Positions 28,551 to 39,194 of a DNA stretch of 50,053 nt are shown here, piece by piece. The notes under the pieces are model-generated. The model saw nothing but the letters and a program-made list of their open reading frames with translations. It was not told where the DNA came from and did no database searches. Source of the stretch: Candidatus Tharpella sp. (lineage in GTDB: Bacteria > Desulfobacterota > Anaeroferrophillalia > Anaeroferrophillales > Tharpellaceae). The position numbers were made by a program, and so were the translations under genes. Within the stretch, counting starts at the first letter, position 1. The number at the start of each line of letters is the position of its first letter. Location: contig JAGHAQ010000041.1 of NCBI GenBank assembly GCA_021161425.1, positions 1 through 50,053 on the forward strand. The letters are read 5' to 3'.

Positions 28551-29732
28551 TTGAGCAAAAAACTTAACATCGAGTATGCTGAGAGAATAAAACAGTTACC
28601 GCCCTACCTTTTTGCCGCCATCGATGCGAAAAAGGCGGAGGTTCAGGCTCAGGGGATCGATGTGATCGATCTTGGTGTCGGTGATCCGGATATGCCTACC
28701 CCGGCTCATATTGTTCAATCTTTGCAGATTGCGGCAGCTAAAGGTGAGAATCATCAATACCCGTCGTATGTTGGTATGCTTTCGTATCGACAGGCTGCAG
28801 CGGATTGGTTTGCGCGTCGTTTTGGGGTCACTTTTGATCCGGTTAGCGAGGTGGTTTCGCTGATCGGATCAAAAGAGGGGATTGCTCATATGCCGCTGGC
28901 CTTTGTCGATCCCGGAGATTATGTTCTGGTTCCCGATCCCGGTTATCCGGTTTACGCCATTGCCACAAGCTTTGCCGGTGGGGTGCCGTACATGATGCCG
29001 CTTAAGGCAGAGAATGGTTTTTTGCCTGATCTTGACTCTATTCCTGAAGAGGTCGCTGAAAAAGCTAAGTTGATGTTTATCAACTATCCCAATAATCCTA
29101 CTGGCGCTGTTGCTGACTCCGACTTCTATCTTAAAGTAGTTGAATTTGCGGCCCGTCACAATATCGTTGTTTGTCACGATGCCGCCTATACCGAGATGGC
29201 TTATGATGGCTATAAGCCTTTAAGTTTTCTTGAAGTTCCCGGGGCAAAAGATGTTGGTATAGAGTTTCATTCACTTTCCAAAACATATAATATGACTGGG
29301 TGGCGGATCGGTTTTGCGATCGGTAACCGAGAGCTGGTCGCCGGACTTGGCAAAGTCAAGACCAATATCGATTCCGGAGTCTTTCAGGCTATTCAGGAGG
29401 CGGCGATTACAGCGTTGGCCGCAGATCAACAATGTGTTAGGGAGATGTGTAATATCTACCGCAAACGTCGTGATCTGATGGTCTCTTTCCTGACTAAAGC
29501 CGGTTTTACTCTTGTATCTCCCAAGGCGACCTTTTATCTCTGGATTAATAATCCCGCAGGGATGACCTCGGCTGAGGTTTCCTCAATGTTTCTCGAAAAA
29601 GCCGGTGTTGTCGTGACCCCCGGTAATGGTTTCGGTGATGCCGGAGAAGGCTATTTTCGGATCTCTTTGACGGTTTCCGAAGAGCGTCTTAATGAGGCCG
29701 GCGAGCGGATTGTCAAGGTTTTGAGTGTTTAG
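28551..29732 (+). CDS. dapL: LL-diaminopimelate aminotransferase (class I PLP enzyme)
   Basis: [44 protein letters not shown] and KTNIDSG motifs. TTG 28551 follows AGGAG. Confidence 0.85.
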   Translation: MSKKLNIEYAERIKQLPPYLFAAIDAKKAEVQAQGIDVIDLGVGDPDMPTPAHIVQSLQIAAAKGENHQYPSYVGMLSYRQAAADWFARRFGVTFDPVSEVVSLIGSKEGIAHMPLAFVDPGDYVLVPDPGYPVYAIATSFAGGVPYMMPLKAENGFLPDLDSIPEEVAEKAKLMFINYPNNPTGAVADSDFYLKVVEFAARHNIVVCHDAAYTEMAYDGYKPLSFLEVPGAKDVGIEFHSLSKTYNMTGWRIGFAIGNRELVAGLGKVKTNIDSGVFQAIQEAAITALAADQQCVREMCNIYRKRRDLMVSFLTKAGFTLVSPKATFYLWINNPAGMTSAEVSSMFLEKAGVVVTPGNGFGDAGEGYFRISLTVSEERLNEAGERIVKVLSV

Positions 29733-29762
29733 TAACATTATCGTTAAGGTTAGTTGAGGGGA

Positions 29763-30545
29763 ATGAAAAACATACGTTTTATAAAGGAATATGCAGCCGG
29801 ACAATGGGCTGTTTTACCCCTGACTCTTATCTTATGTCTATTGTTTTTCGGAGTTTGCACGGCTCATGCGGCCACTTTAGATAGTGCTTTTGCGATCCTT
29901 TTTGAAAAACTAAATGCCAATATCTCAGCAAACGGAGAGGTGGTGGCCCTCCTGCCGGAGAAGAATGAGGTAATTATTGAGTTCTCCGGGGATCTGGTTC
30001 CGTCATATGGGGCTGAATTGTTGGTTTTTGGTGAGTCGGCTGAAGCTTCTCAGGAAAGTTCTGAGGGCGGAGGTGAGAATCGCTCGGTTAAGGTCTATCG
30101 TGGTTCAGTAACTGTCAGTGAGTCGGCCGGACACCTTAATTGTGCCATAGCTGACGAAGGGCGAGACCAGTTTATCGAGGGCGATCAGGTTTTTTTGCCC
30201 TCACCGGTACTTTTATATGTTACTCCAGTAAAAAACCTGACTCCCAACCCGTATTTTACCGGTCAGGCTACCCGCGCTGTAAGCAGCCTGCTCAGCACTT
30301 TTTCAGGTCTGCAGGTTTTCAGCCTGCCCGCCTCCAATCAGAAAACAATCGATTTTTTAAAGCAGAAATGTCGCAATGAGGGACGTTACGGGTTGGTTTT
30401 ACAACCTTTTGTGATTATTCAGAATGGCCGTAGTAAAGCTCAGCTAAGATTGATTTCGCTATTCAGTGGCCAATCACTTAGGGTTCTGGAGGACGAGTTC
30501 ACGGCCTTTGCCGCACCACCGCAAAACTTTCGCCGTCTTCGATAA
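29763..30545 (+). CDS. Hypothetical exported protein
   Basis: Long ORF co-oriented with dapL, with a hydrophobic h-region ending in A-H-A. No family recognised. Confidence 0.7.
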   Translation: MKNIRFIKEYAAGQWAVLPLTLILCLLFFGVCTAHAATLDSAFAILFEKLNANISANGEVVALLPEKNEVIIEFSGDLVPSYGAELLVFGESAEASQESSEGGGENRSVKVYRGSVTVSESAGHLNCAIADEGRDQFIEGDQVFLPSPVLLYVTPVKNLTPNPYFTGQATRAVSSLLSTFSGLQVFSLPASNQKTIDFLKQKCRNEGRYGLVLQPFVIIQNGRSKAQLRLISLFSGQSLRVLEDEFTAFAAPPQNFRRLR

Positions 30546-30717
30546 ACTCTAACCCGGTTTGACCGAAAGCAAGCAGGTGCTTTTTTGCGTGATACTTTAT
30601 TGACAAATAACTAACTCCGGCTCTTTTCTTCACCCCGTATAATTTCATTTATTCAAAAAGGTCAAAATATTTAATCCAATTAATTTGGTCCCGGTTCATC
30701 TGGGTTGGGGAGCTTTT

Positions 30718-31569
30718 ATGAAAATTGATGCGCATGTCCATATCTTTCCTCCGGAAATCAGAGAGCGGCGAGAGAAATTTTTTGTTGGTGAACCTGATTT
30801 TGAACTTCTCTATGCTTCACCCAAATCTCGTCTCGTGGGTGCCGAAGAGTTGCTGGCAACGATGGTTGAGGATGGGGTTGACCGTTCTGTCGTTTTTGGG
30901 TTTCCCTGGCGTGATGCCGGGATCTCCAGGCTTTGCAATGATTATGTGATCGAACAGGTCAAAAACCATCCTGAACATCTTTTGGGACTTGCCTGTTTTG
31001 GCTTTGCTGATCCTGAAGTGGCTGCTTTAGAGAGTGATAGGTGTCTTAGTCAAGGTCTGCATGGAGTTGGTGAACTTGCTTTTTATGTTGAAGGCTTTAG
31101 TGAAAAGGTGGTGGATCAATTTGTTCCGGTTATTGAGGTTTTGCGTCATTACAAGAAAGTTCTGAATCTACATACCAACGAACCGGTAGGTCATAATTAT
31201 CCGGGAAAGAGTGATGTCAAGCTTCGTAATCTTTACCGATTTCTTAAACTGTATGGCGATGTGCCGACCATTTTCGCTCACTGGGGAGGGGGGTTCCCTT
31301 TCTATCACCTGTTGAAAAAAGAGTTTTCCGAGGTTGTGCAAAATCTTTATTATGATACAGCCGCAACCCCATACCTCTTTAAAAATGATATCTATCGTCT
31401 GGGCGGAGAGATGGCTGGTTTTGACCGGATTCTCTTTGGCAGTGATTTTCCTTTACTGCGTCCGCGCCGTTATTTTAAGGATATTGCCGAGGCCCAGCTT
31501 GATGAGAAGCAGAGTGAAATGATCTGTGGAGGTAATGCAGCCCGTCTTTTTGGTATCCAGACATCATAG
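30718..31569 (+). CDS. Amidohydrolase family protein (Amidohydro_2)
   Basis: IDAHVH, GVGEL, HTNEPVGH.YPGK, AHWGGG, YYDTAA and FGSDFP motifs. Confidence 0.9.
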   Translation: MKIDAHVHIFPPEIRERREKFFVGEPDFELLYASPKSRLVGAEELLATMVEDGVDRSVVFGFPWRDAGISRLCNDYVIEQVKNHPEHLLGLACFGFADPEVAALESDRCLSQGLHGVGELAFYVEGFSEKVVDQFVPVIEVLRHYKKVLNLHTNEPVGHNYPGKSDVKLRNLYRFLKLYGDVPTIFAHWGGGFPFYHLLKKEFSEVVQNLYYDTAATPYLFKNDIYRLGGEMAGFDRILFGSDFPLLRPRRYFKDIAEAQLDEKQSEMICGGNAARLFGIQTS

Positions 31570-31778
31570 TAATGAGTTCAATGAACTGAGAGATTTTTTT
31601 AAGAAAATTCAATGTTGTTTGTCCTCTGTTGATAGAATTTTTACCCGTTGATTAATGATGTCGAAATCAAAGTAGCCGAAATATTTTTTTAGTTTACAAA
31701 ATATGCAAAAAGCGCGAAAAAACTTTTGCTGTATTTTGTCAGCCTGTTTGGTTCAGGCCATGCCGGGTTAGAAGAGAA

Positions 31779-32669
31779 TCAACCAATCTCTTTTTGCCAG
31801 GCTTCAATCTCTAAATCAGGCATTTTTTTGAAACGTCCCTGGGCTTTCAGGTAATCTTTGACCGGGATTGAATTTTCTGGTTTCAAGGTTTGTCGAAGCA
31901 GGCCGTTATCATCCATCTCGAGGAGCGGGAAAACCCCGCTGTCGACGGCCATTCGGGTAATCTTGAGGGCATCTTGGGAATCGATTTTCCAGCCCGAAGG
32001 GCAGGCTGCCAGCAGATGTATAAATCGGAAACCGGAGGCGGCTTTGGCTTTTTTGAGTTTTAAATAGAAATCTTCCGGATAGGCGATCGTCGCACTGGCC
32101 AGATAACTCGGGTTATGGGCTTTGATGATCGCCATAATATCTTTTTTGGCGTACTGGAACTCTTTGCCGCCCGGCGTGGTCGTCGTCCAGGCACCATGCG
32201 GGGTCGCCGATGATTGTTGGATTCCGGTGTTCATGTAGGCTTCGTTGTCGTAGCAAATATAGATTATATCTTCATGCCGTTCAGCCGCTCCGGAAATGCC
32301 TTGAAGGCCGATATCAAAAGTGCCGCCGTCACCGGCCCAGGCGAGAACTTCGACACCCGTTTTTCCTTGGGCGGTCAGAGATCGCCGAACGCCGCTGGCT
32401 GCCGCCGCCGCCACTGCAAACGGGGTGTGGAGAAGGGGAACCGAGAGGGCTGTGGTCGGTTGGCCGCCGGCAATAATCGCCCAGCAGCAGGCCGGCATGA
32501 CAACTATGGTTTGCGGCCCCAAGATCTTCAAGGTGTGGCGCATACTTAAGGCGGCACCACAACCAGGGCAGGCCATGTGGCCGCTCTCCATATATTCAGC
32601 CTTGGTGATTTGCCAAGCTGTATTCTTGCTGAAGCTATTTTCAGTTGGAGATATATTTGTATTGTTCAT
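31779..32669 (-). CDS. 2-oxoacid:acceptor oxidoreductase beta subunit (PorB-like)
   Basis: GH.ACPGCG, ACC, AGDGGTFDIG, DNEAYMNTGIQ and CPSGW motifs. Confidence 0.9.
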   Translation of the reverse strand: MNNTNISPTENSFSKNTAWQITKAEYMESGHMACPGCGAALSMRHTLKILGPQTIVVMPACCWAIIAGGQPTTALSVPLLHTPFAVAAAAASGVRRSLTAQGKTGVEVLAWAGDGGTFDIGLQGISGAAERHEDIIYICYDNEAYMNTGIQQSSATPHGAWTTTTPGGKEFQYAKKDIMAIIKAHNPSYLASATIAYPEDFYLKLKKAKAASGFRFIHLLAACPSGWKIDSQDALKITRMAVDSGVFPLLEMDDNGLLRQTLKPENSIPVKDYLKAQGRFKKMPDLEIEAWQKEIG

Positions 32670-32687
32670 GCTTGTCTCTTTTTTACG

Positions 32688-33842
32688 TTAGCTGTCAAGC
32701 CAGTTACACTCAACACTTGACAGTTGTTCCCGGTTTTCAACCACTTCTGTGATAGTCTCGGGAAAGACCTCTTTGCCGCCAAGACTGATCATGACATCAT
32801 TAATCAGAGGTCTTTGCGGCAGATTGTAGAGGGCGGCGCGAACCTCCTGGCTCAGGGTTCCGCCGACCCCGTAGGAGCAGGCCCGGTTCAAGACTATAAC
32901 CTGTTTTTTATCTTTTAACGCTTCACACAGTTCCCGATTGGGAAAGGGGCGCAGAAGACGTAATTTAATGAGGTCTGTCGGAGTACCGTTCTTGTTCAAT
33001 TCGGCAACCGCTACGCGAACGGTTCCGGTCATCGCTCCACAGCAAAGCAACGCTGTGTTGCTCTTCTCATCTCCCTCTGGACAACGCATAACCGGCTGGT
33101 AGCAACGACCAAATTTTTGCGCAAACTCTTCTTGACATTGGTCAAGAACCGTTAGGGCTTCGGTCATGGTTTCGGAGAATGTTTTTTTCAGCTCATAGAA
33201 GAGATCGGGATGGGCTGCGGCACCAAAGGTCAACGAATTGTCGGGATCGAGCCGGTACGGTGCTTTGTAGGCCGGCAGATAGTCATCGACTATCTGCTGG
33301 TCGGGAACCAGAAGTCGTTCCATCGTGTGAGAGAGGATAAAGCCGTCAATCATCACCATGATCGGTAGCATCAACTGCTCGCTGGCTTTGTAGGCTATGA
33401 TGATCGTATCGAGAGCCTCTTGTGAGGTTTCGCAATAGATCTGTAGCCAACCGGTGTCGCGCTGGGAAAAACTGTCACTTTGGTCACTCCAGATATTCCA
33501 GGGAGCGCCTAAGGCGCGGTTGGCATTGACCAGAACCAAGGGCAAGCGAGCTCCGGCAACCCAGTGCAGGATCTCATGCATCATTGCCAGACCCTGTGAA
33601 CTGCTGGCTGTAAAAGAGCGGCTGCCGGTCGAAACCGAGCCTAAAACCGCAGCAATTGCCGACATCTCCGACTCGACTTTGATATATTGACTTTTTAGTT
33701 CGCCGCTGTCGACCATCTCGGAGAGGGTCTCGATAATATGGGTCTGGGGGGTTATAGGATAGGCTGAGATTACTTCCGGACGGCTCAGCCTGACTCCATG
33801 CGCGATCGCATCGCTGCCCAGTAGGATGGCTTGTTTGTGCAT
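32688..33842 (-). CDS. 2-oxoacid:acceptor oxidoreductase alpha subunit (PorA-like)
   Basis: AYPITPQT, VESE.SA, TASSSQGL..MHE and NRAL..PWNI..D..D motifs. Start placed at ATG 33842. Confidence 0.9.
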   Translation of the reverse strand: MHKQAILLGSDAIAHGVRLSRPEVISAYPITPQTHIIETLSEMVDSGELKSQYIKVESEMSAIAAVLGSVSTGSRSFTASSSQGLAMMHEILHWVAGARLPLVLVNANRALGAPWNIWSDQSDSFSQRDTGWLQIYCETSQEALDTIIIAYKASEQLMLPIMVMIDGFILSHTMERLLVPDQQIVDDYLPAYKAPYRLDPDNSLTFGAAAHPDLFYELKKTFSETMTEALTVLDQCQEEFAQKFGRCYQPVMRCPEGDEKSNTALLCCGAMTGTVRVAVAELNKNGTPTDLIKLRLLRPFPNRELCEALKDKKQVIVLNRACSYGVGGTLSQEVRAALYNLPQRPLINDVMISLGGKEVFPETITEVVENREQLSSVECNWLDS

Positions 33843-33843
33843 G

Positions 33844-35457
33844 TTAATGATCCTCCTCCATCTCAATCACCCCACGCGGACAGATCGCGGCACACTGACC
33901 ACAGCCTTTACAGTGATCATAATCAAAGAGTACCCTTTTGTCAGGGTTACTTTCCTCTAGGTCGATAGCAATTGCAACGTCAGGACAGAAGAACCAGCAG
34001 ATGCCGCAGGCGGTACAGCTACCGCAATGAAAACAGCGTTCAATCTCGCTTTTCATCTGCTCTTCACTTAAGGCTTGTCGAATCTCGGAAAAATTCTCTT
34101 TTCTGATTCGGCTGTCGAGTTCCGGGACGCTGACGGCCGGTTTTTTGCTGTAGTATTCGAGATGAAGTTGATCATTCTCGACAATGACCGGGTTTTCCGA
34201 ACCTTCGTTGACATCTATCGATGGAGTTATCTCTAATTGCTTAAGGATATTTTCGGCCGCCCGGCGCCCGGAAGCTAGAGCTTCGGCTACCGAGGCTGCA
34301 CCATGGTCAAAATCTCCCGCCTTGATGACCGAATCATTATTATCAAAGGCAAGATCGCTTTCCTGGCCGATGGCCGCGATCAAGTAGTCGGTTTCAATCG
34401 TCTTTAGAAAAGTTCCGGCATTGATCCGGCCGGCGTTGTTTTGGGTCTGGTGGATGTTGAGTTGCAAAGTGTTGGCAACGGTCTCTATCTTTTCAACGAC
34501 TTCCTCTTCATTGATTAACAGCCCCTCTTCAAGGGCTTGCTTTTTTTCCTCTTCATAAGCCGGCATTTCGGCAATTGTCCGTCGGTAAACGATTTCGACC
34601 TGTTTGCCCAGCCGCAAGAGAGAGCGGGCTGTATCGAGGGCTGCATTGCCACCGCCGACAACAATGAAACGCTGACCGTCAATATTTTCGCCCCGGTTGA
34701 TTGCCGCCAGTATTTCCAGAGCACCTTTTATTTGTGGGATAGTGCGCCACGGGGTCGGCAGGCTGGAGTGTTGCAGGCCCGGAGCCCAGATAATGTTATG
34801 ATACTCTTTTTTAAGTTGCAGCAGTTCTGATGCTTCAATATTGCGATTGCACTGCAAATCAATATTGAAGCTTGTGAGTAGATTGTCTATCTCCTGATCA
34901 AGAATAGAGCGCGGCAAACGGTAGGCGGGGATACCGTAACGTAAAAGTCCACCAGCCGTCGGGGCTTTTTCGAAGATAGTTACCTTGAGACCTTGGCGGG
35001 CGAGAAAAAAAGCAGCGCTTAAACCCGCCGGTCCGGCACCGATGATGGCGATCTTTTCAGTTTTTTTTTCGGCGCTTGCGGGATGTGGATACTCTAGCCC
35101 CAGATCTCCGAGATAGCGTTCCAAGTCACCGATTAAAACCGCTTCATCAAATTCTTGGCGATTGCAGGCGCTCTGACAGAAATGCGGGCAGACGCGGCCG
35201 GTGACGGCCGGCATCGGGTTGGTGTCGCGCAAGAGATCCAGAGCTTCCAAAGGTTTGCCGGAAGAGAGTTTGTCAAGGTAGGTGGCAATTGGAATATTTA
35301 AAGGACAAGCCTGACGACAAGGGGAGTCTTTGGCAACCAGGTGGGGGCGAAAAAATTTCCAGTTTCCGGTCAGGTTGATCGCAGTTGAGGTTGCCGATAT
35401 CGGCAGACCTCTGAAATCACCGTTTTGAATGGCTTTTACGTGTTTTAGTTTGGTCAT
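33844..35457 (-). CDS. PorD-like delta subunit with an inserted GltD-type FAD/NAD(P)H oxidoreductase
   Basis: N-terminal TGNW...RP, PC..ACP and GRVCPHFC..AC, GAGPAG, GGGN.A.D, YRR, and C-terminal CTACGICWFFCP plus CKGCGQCAAICP. Confidence 0.85.
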   Translation of the reverse strand: MTKLKHVKAIQNGDFRGLPISATSTAINLTGNWKFFRPHLVAKDSPCRQACPLNIPIATYLDKLSSGKPLEALDLLRDTNPMPAVTGRVCPHFCQSACNRQEFDEAVLIGDLERYLGDLGLEYPHPASAEKKTEKIAIIGAGPAGLSAAFFLARQGLKVTIFEKAPTAGGLLRYGIPAYRLPRSILDQEIDNLLTSFNIDLQCNRNIEASELLQLKKEYHNIIWAPGLQHSSLPTPWRTIPQIKGALEILAAINRGENIDGQRFIVVGGGNAALDTARSLLRLGKQVEIVYRRTIAEMPAYEEEKKQALEEGLLINEEEVVEKIETVANTLQLNIHQTQNNAGRINAGTFLKTIETDYLIAAIGQESDLAFDNNDSVIKAGDFDHGAASVAEALASGRRAAENILKQLEITPSIDVNEGSENPVIVENDQLHLEYYSKKPAVSVPELDSRIRKENFSEIRQALSEEQMKSEIERCFHCGSCTACGICWFFCPDVAIAIDLEESNPDKRVLFDYDHCKGCGQCAAICPRGVIEMEEDH

Positions 35458-35464
35458 AATCAAT

Positions 35465-36040
35465 TTATGGGTTGATAACGGTTTCGTAGGCTTGGCGCAA
35501 TGCTTTCTCATTGTCAGCAAGGCGGGCGGGGATGAAGCTGGGAAGAGCCTGGATCAGACTCTCCGGTTTGACCAGGCCGCTGACTTTAGCCAAAGCTCCA
35601 AGCACCGGGGCGTTGATCAAGGGCATGATTTTATTGCCCAGTTTGTGTTCCAGAGCAATACGATTGAGATTTATGGTGATAATTTGATATGGTGGCGGCG
35701 ATTTGGATTGAGTTGCCGAACCGAGATTGAAACTATCGGCCGGCTGGTCGCTGTTGATGAGGATGAGACCGCCCTTTTTGAGGCCGTCGGTGACCGCCAC
35801 GGACTCAATCAGGCGGGCCGCCATGACGATCACATAGTCGGGTTTAGTAACGCGGCTGCGGATGTTGATAAAAGTGTCGTCGGCCCGCACGAAGGCGGCC
35901 ACCGGTGCTCCCCGTCGTTCAGCTCCGAAGGTTGGAAAAGACTGGGCGTAACGACCTTCAAGAAAGAGCGCCTGGGCCAGAATTCGGGATGCGATAACGG
36001 CACCCTGGCCGCCGCGGCCATGAAAACGAATCTCCTGCAT
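35465..36040 (-). CDS. 2-oxoacid:acceptor oxidoreductase gamma subunit (PorC-like)
   Basis: MQEIRFHGRGGQG, FP.FGAERRGAPV.AF.R and N...LGA motifs. Start at ATG 36040. Confidence 0.92.
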   Translation of the reverse strand: MQEIRFHGRGGQGAVIASRILAQALFLEGRYAQSFPTFGAERRGAPVAAFVRADDTFINIRSRVTKPDYVIVMAARLIESVAVTDGLKKGGLILINSDQPADSFNLGSATQSKSPPPYQIITINLNRIALEHKLGNKIMPLINAPVLGALAKVSGLVKPESLIQALPSFIPARLADNEKALRQAYETVINP

Positions 36041-36276
36041 AATAAATAGTTGCTTGTTGAATATTAATTTATAGATATATCTGTTGTTGGTAAAGACGAC
36101 CTTCTGTTTAGACTTGGCAAAAAAGAATGTCAAGTTTTAAAGTAACTTTTCAGTTTGGTCTAGGCTATTTCCCCATAAATTTCAGCGATGTCGGCTTATT
36201 TAACCCGGTTTACTATTATTTTTTGACTTATATCCGGTGTTAATCATTTGTGGTTTGAACAACCATGATGTTTCTG

Positions 36277-36306
36277 TTGACAACGCATCCTATTTAAAAC
36301 TATTCT
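36277..36306 (+). promoter_or_regulatory. Candidate sigma70 promoter of the helicase operon
   Basis: TTGACA-N18-TATTCT, ending 38 bp before the GTG start. Confidence 0.45.
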
Positions 36307-36343
36307 GTAAGAAATTAGTAGATTATATTGTCCGGGGGATCGA

Positions 36344-39194
36344 GTGAATACAGTTAATACCATAGCGCCGGGTGCCAGGGTCGTAATTCGGGATGCCGAA
36401 TGGCTGGTGCGGAAGATGGACAGGACCTCAACCGGCGGATTTGCCCTGACTGTGGTCGGCATTTCGGAACTGGTTAAGGATAAAGAGGCAATTTTTCTTG
36501 ATGAGATTGACACAAATATCGAGGTTCTTGATCCCGTAGATACCAAACTGGTGCCCGACACCTCCAGCTCCTATCAGGGTTCTCTACTTTACATGGAAAG
36601 CCTGTTGCGACAAATTCCTCCAACAGACGAAAAACTCTACGTCGGCCATAAAGCCGCCATGGATCACGTACCCTATCAGCTTGACCCGGCAATTCAAGCC
36701 TTGGAGCAACCCCGACAACGCATATTAATTGCCGATGCCGTTGGCCTTGGTAAGACTTTGGCCTGCGGCATTCTGGTCAGCGAGTTGATTCGCCGAGGCA
36801 AAGGTAAGCGTATTCTGGTACTGGCTGTAAAAAGCATGCTGACCCAGTTCCAGAAAGAAATGTGGTCGCGCTTCACCATTCCTCTAGTTCGCCTTGATTC
36901 GGTCGGCATTCATCGGGTTCGTTCCAAAATCCCCACCAATCACAACCCTTTTTACTATTACGACAAAACCATTGTCTCTATCGACACGCTGAAGCAAGAC
37001 ACCGAATATCGCAACTATCTGGAAAACGCCTATTGGGACATCATCGTTATCGATGAAGCTCACAATGTCGCCCAGCGTGGCAAAGGTTCTTCGCAACGCG
37101 CCAAACTGGCCAAACTTCTCTCCGGACGATCCGATACTTTGATCATGCTATCAGCAACCCCGCATGACGGCCGGGCGCGAAGTTTTGCCAGTTTAATGAA
37201 TATGCTTGATCCCACAGCCATCGCCAACCCGGACAACTATGGGCCGGAGGATATCAAAGGTTTATGTATCCGCCGTTTTAAAAAGGATATTCAGGATCAG
37301 GTGCAGAGCGCCTTTAAAGCCAGAGAGATCAGCAAGGCCTACTGTCAGGCGACCAATGTCGAAGAGGTTGCATATGATATTCTGTCTGAAATGCAATTTG
37401 CCAAGTTGGACCAACACAAAGGTGCCGGACAACTCTTTAAAACTACCCTGGAAAAAGCGTTGTTCTCCAGTCCTGCGGCCTGTCTTTTAACAATTTCTAA
37501 CCGGATCCAGCGTCTTAAAAAAGATGATTCCCCGGAAGCCTTACAAGATATTGAACGCCTTTCGGAACTTGCCGTAGCAGTATTCGACATCACCCCTGTC
37601 AATTTTTCCAAATATCAGAAACTTCTCTTCGTTATCTCCGACAAAAAACATGGCTATGGCTGGACCGGAAAATATAAGCATGACCGTCTCGTCATTTTCA
37701 CTGAACGCATCGAAACCTTACGTTTTCTGGAAATGCATCTTACCAAAGACCTCAAATTGAAAAATAATCAAGTCGCTATCCTGCATGGTACCATGCCTGA
37801 TGTGGAACAACAAAAAATCGTCGAGGATTTCGGCAAGGAAGAGGCCCCGGTGCGCCTGCTAATTGCTTCTGATGTCGCTTCTGAGGGTATCAACCTACAT
37901 TACTTAAGTCATCGACTTATTCATTTTGACATCCCCTGGTCACTCATGGTTTTTCAGCAACGAAATGGACGGGTTGATCGTTATGGTCAGGAGCACACTC
38001 CCTATATTCTCTATCTAGTTAACCAAAGCGTAAACGACAAAATCAAAGGCGACATGCGTATTCTTGAGCTCCTCATCGCCAAGGATGAAGAGGCCGTAAA
38101 AAATATCGGCGACCCCTCCGCCCTCATGGGTGTCTATGACATTGATGAAGAGGAGCGGATAACTGCCAAAGCCATTGAAACCGGTATCAGCAGCTTGGCT
38201 TTTGAACAGAAATTAAACCAAAATAGTGATGAGGCTTTCGACCCGCTCGCCCTTTTAATGGGTGGGAATGAGTCCGACAACAAACCACCAGCAGCCGAAA
38301 ACCGTTTAAGCTCCATGCCCACCCTCTACAATGATGATTTCTCCTACCTTAAAGAAGCCATTGAGCACTTAAGGCAAGCGGAGACCCTTACAGGCCGATT
38401 TTGATGACGACCTACAACAGATATCCCTAACCGCCACCAAAGACCTTAAACATCGACTTAAATTCACTTTGCCCAGCGAGGTCTGGCCGGATGACGAAAT
38501 CTTTGTTCTATCTGCCGATCCTGATGTGATTCAGAAAGAGATCAAACGCAGTCGTAAGGATGAAAATGCATGGCCAAACATCCACTACCTCTGGCAGCAC
38601 AACCCGATCCTTGCCTGGATTAACGATAAGGTTGTTGCTGAATTCGGTCGGCATGAAGCACCAGTATTAACTCTTTTCAGTACTTTGGCTCAGGGCGAAA
38701 CAGTCTTCATTATTTCCGCCCTGATCCCTAACCGCAAAGGCCACCCTCTGGTTCATCGCTGGTTTGGCGTCACAGTTAAGCAAGATGATTTCCAGCAAAT
38801 TGAAAAGTTCAAACCTCTGCTAAATAGAACCGGTCTCGGCAAAAATCGATTCCCCAGCAAAGAGACCCAACTTGACCTTGATTCTCTGCGACGTCTTTTG
38901 CCCGAAGCTGTACAGCAGGCCAAAATCTATATGAGTGAGCAACGGCAAACCTTTGAAGATATGATCAACCCCAAACTCCAGGAACAGCTTGATAAATTAG
39001 AGCGACTTAAAGGCAAACAATACAAACAGCTTGAACTCTTCTATATGGAGAAAAAGCAAATCAACAAGAAAGAGCAGGAAAAGCGCGAAATCGAGCGCAA
39101 ATTTGATGAATTCATCGATTGGGTTGAAGAGACCATGACGACTGAAGACAAGCCCTTTATTCAGGTTGTTGCCGTTTTGCAGGGGGCTCAATAA
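36344..39194 (+). pseudogene. SNF2-family (DrmD-like) helicase interrupted by a +1 frameshift near 38385-38390 (ORFs 36344-38404 and 38469-39194)
   Basis: PG..V..RD.EW.V start, LIADAVGLGKT, DEAH, LSATP, SEGINL and QRNGRVDRYGQ motifs. The downstream frame is open from 38373, and removing one base gives one ORF of about 949 aa. Confidence 0.8.

Noticed and set aside
36040-36344. Attachment site or mobile-element boundary at the left edge of the defence region
   Set aside because: No tRNA, integrase, IS fragment or repeat partner is visible in the window.
38402-38407. Selenocysteine or stop read-through in the first helicase
   Set aside because: There are two consecutive TGA codons, and the continuation is in a different frame.
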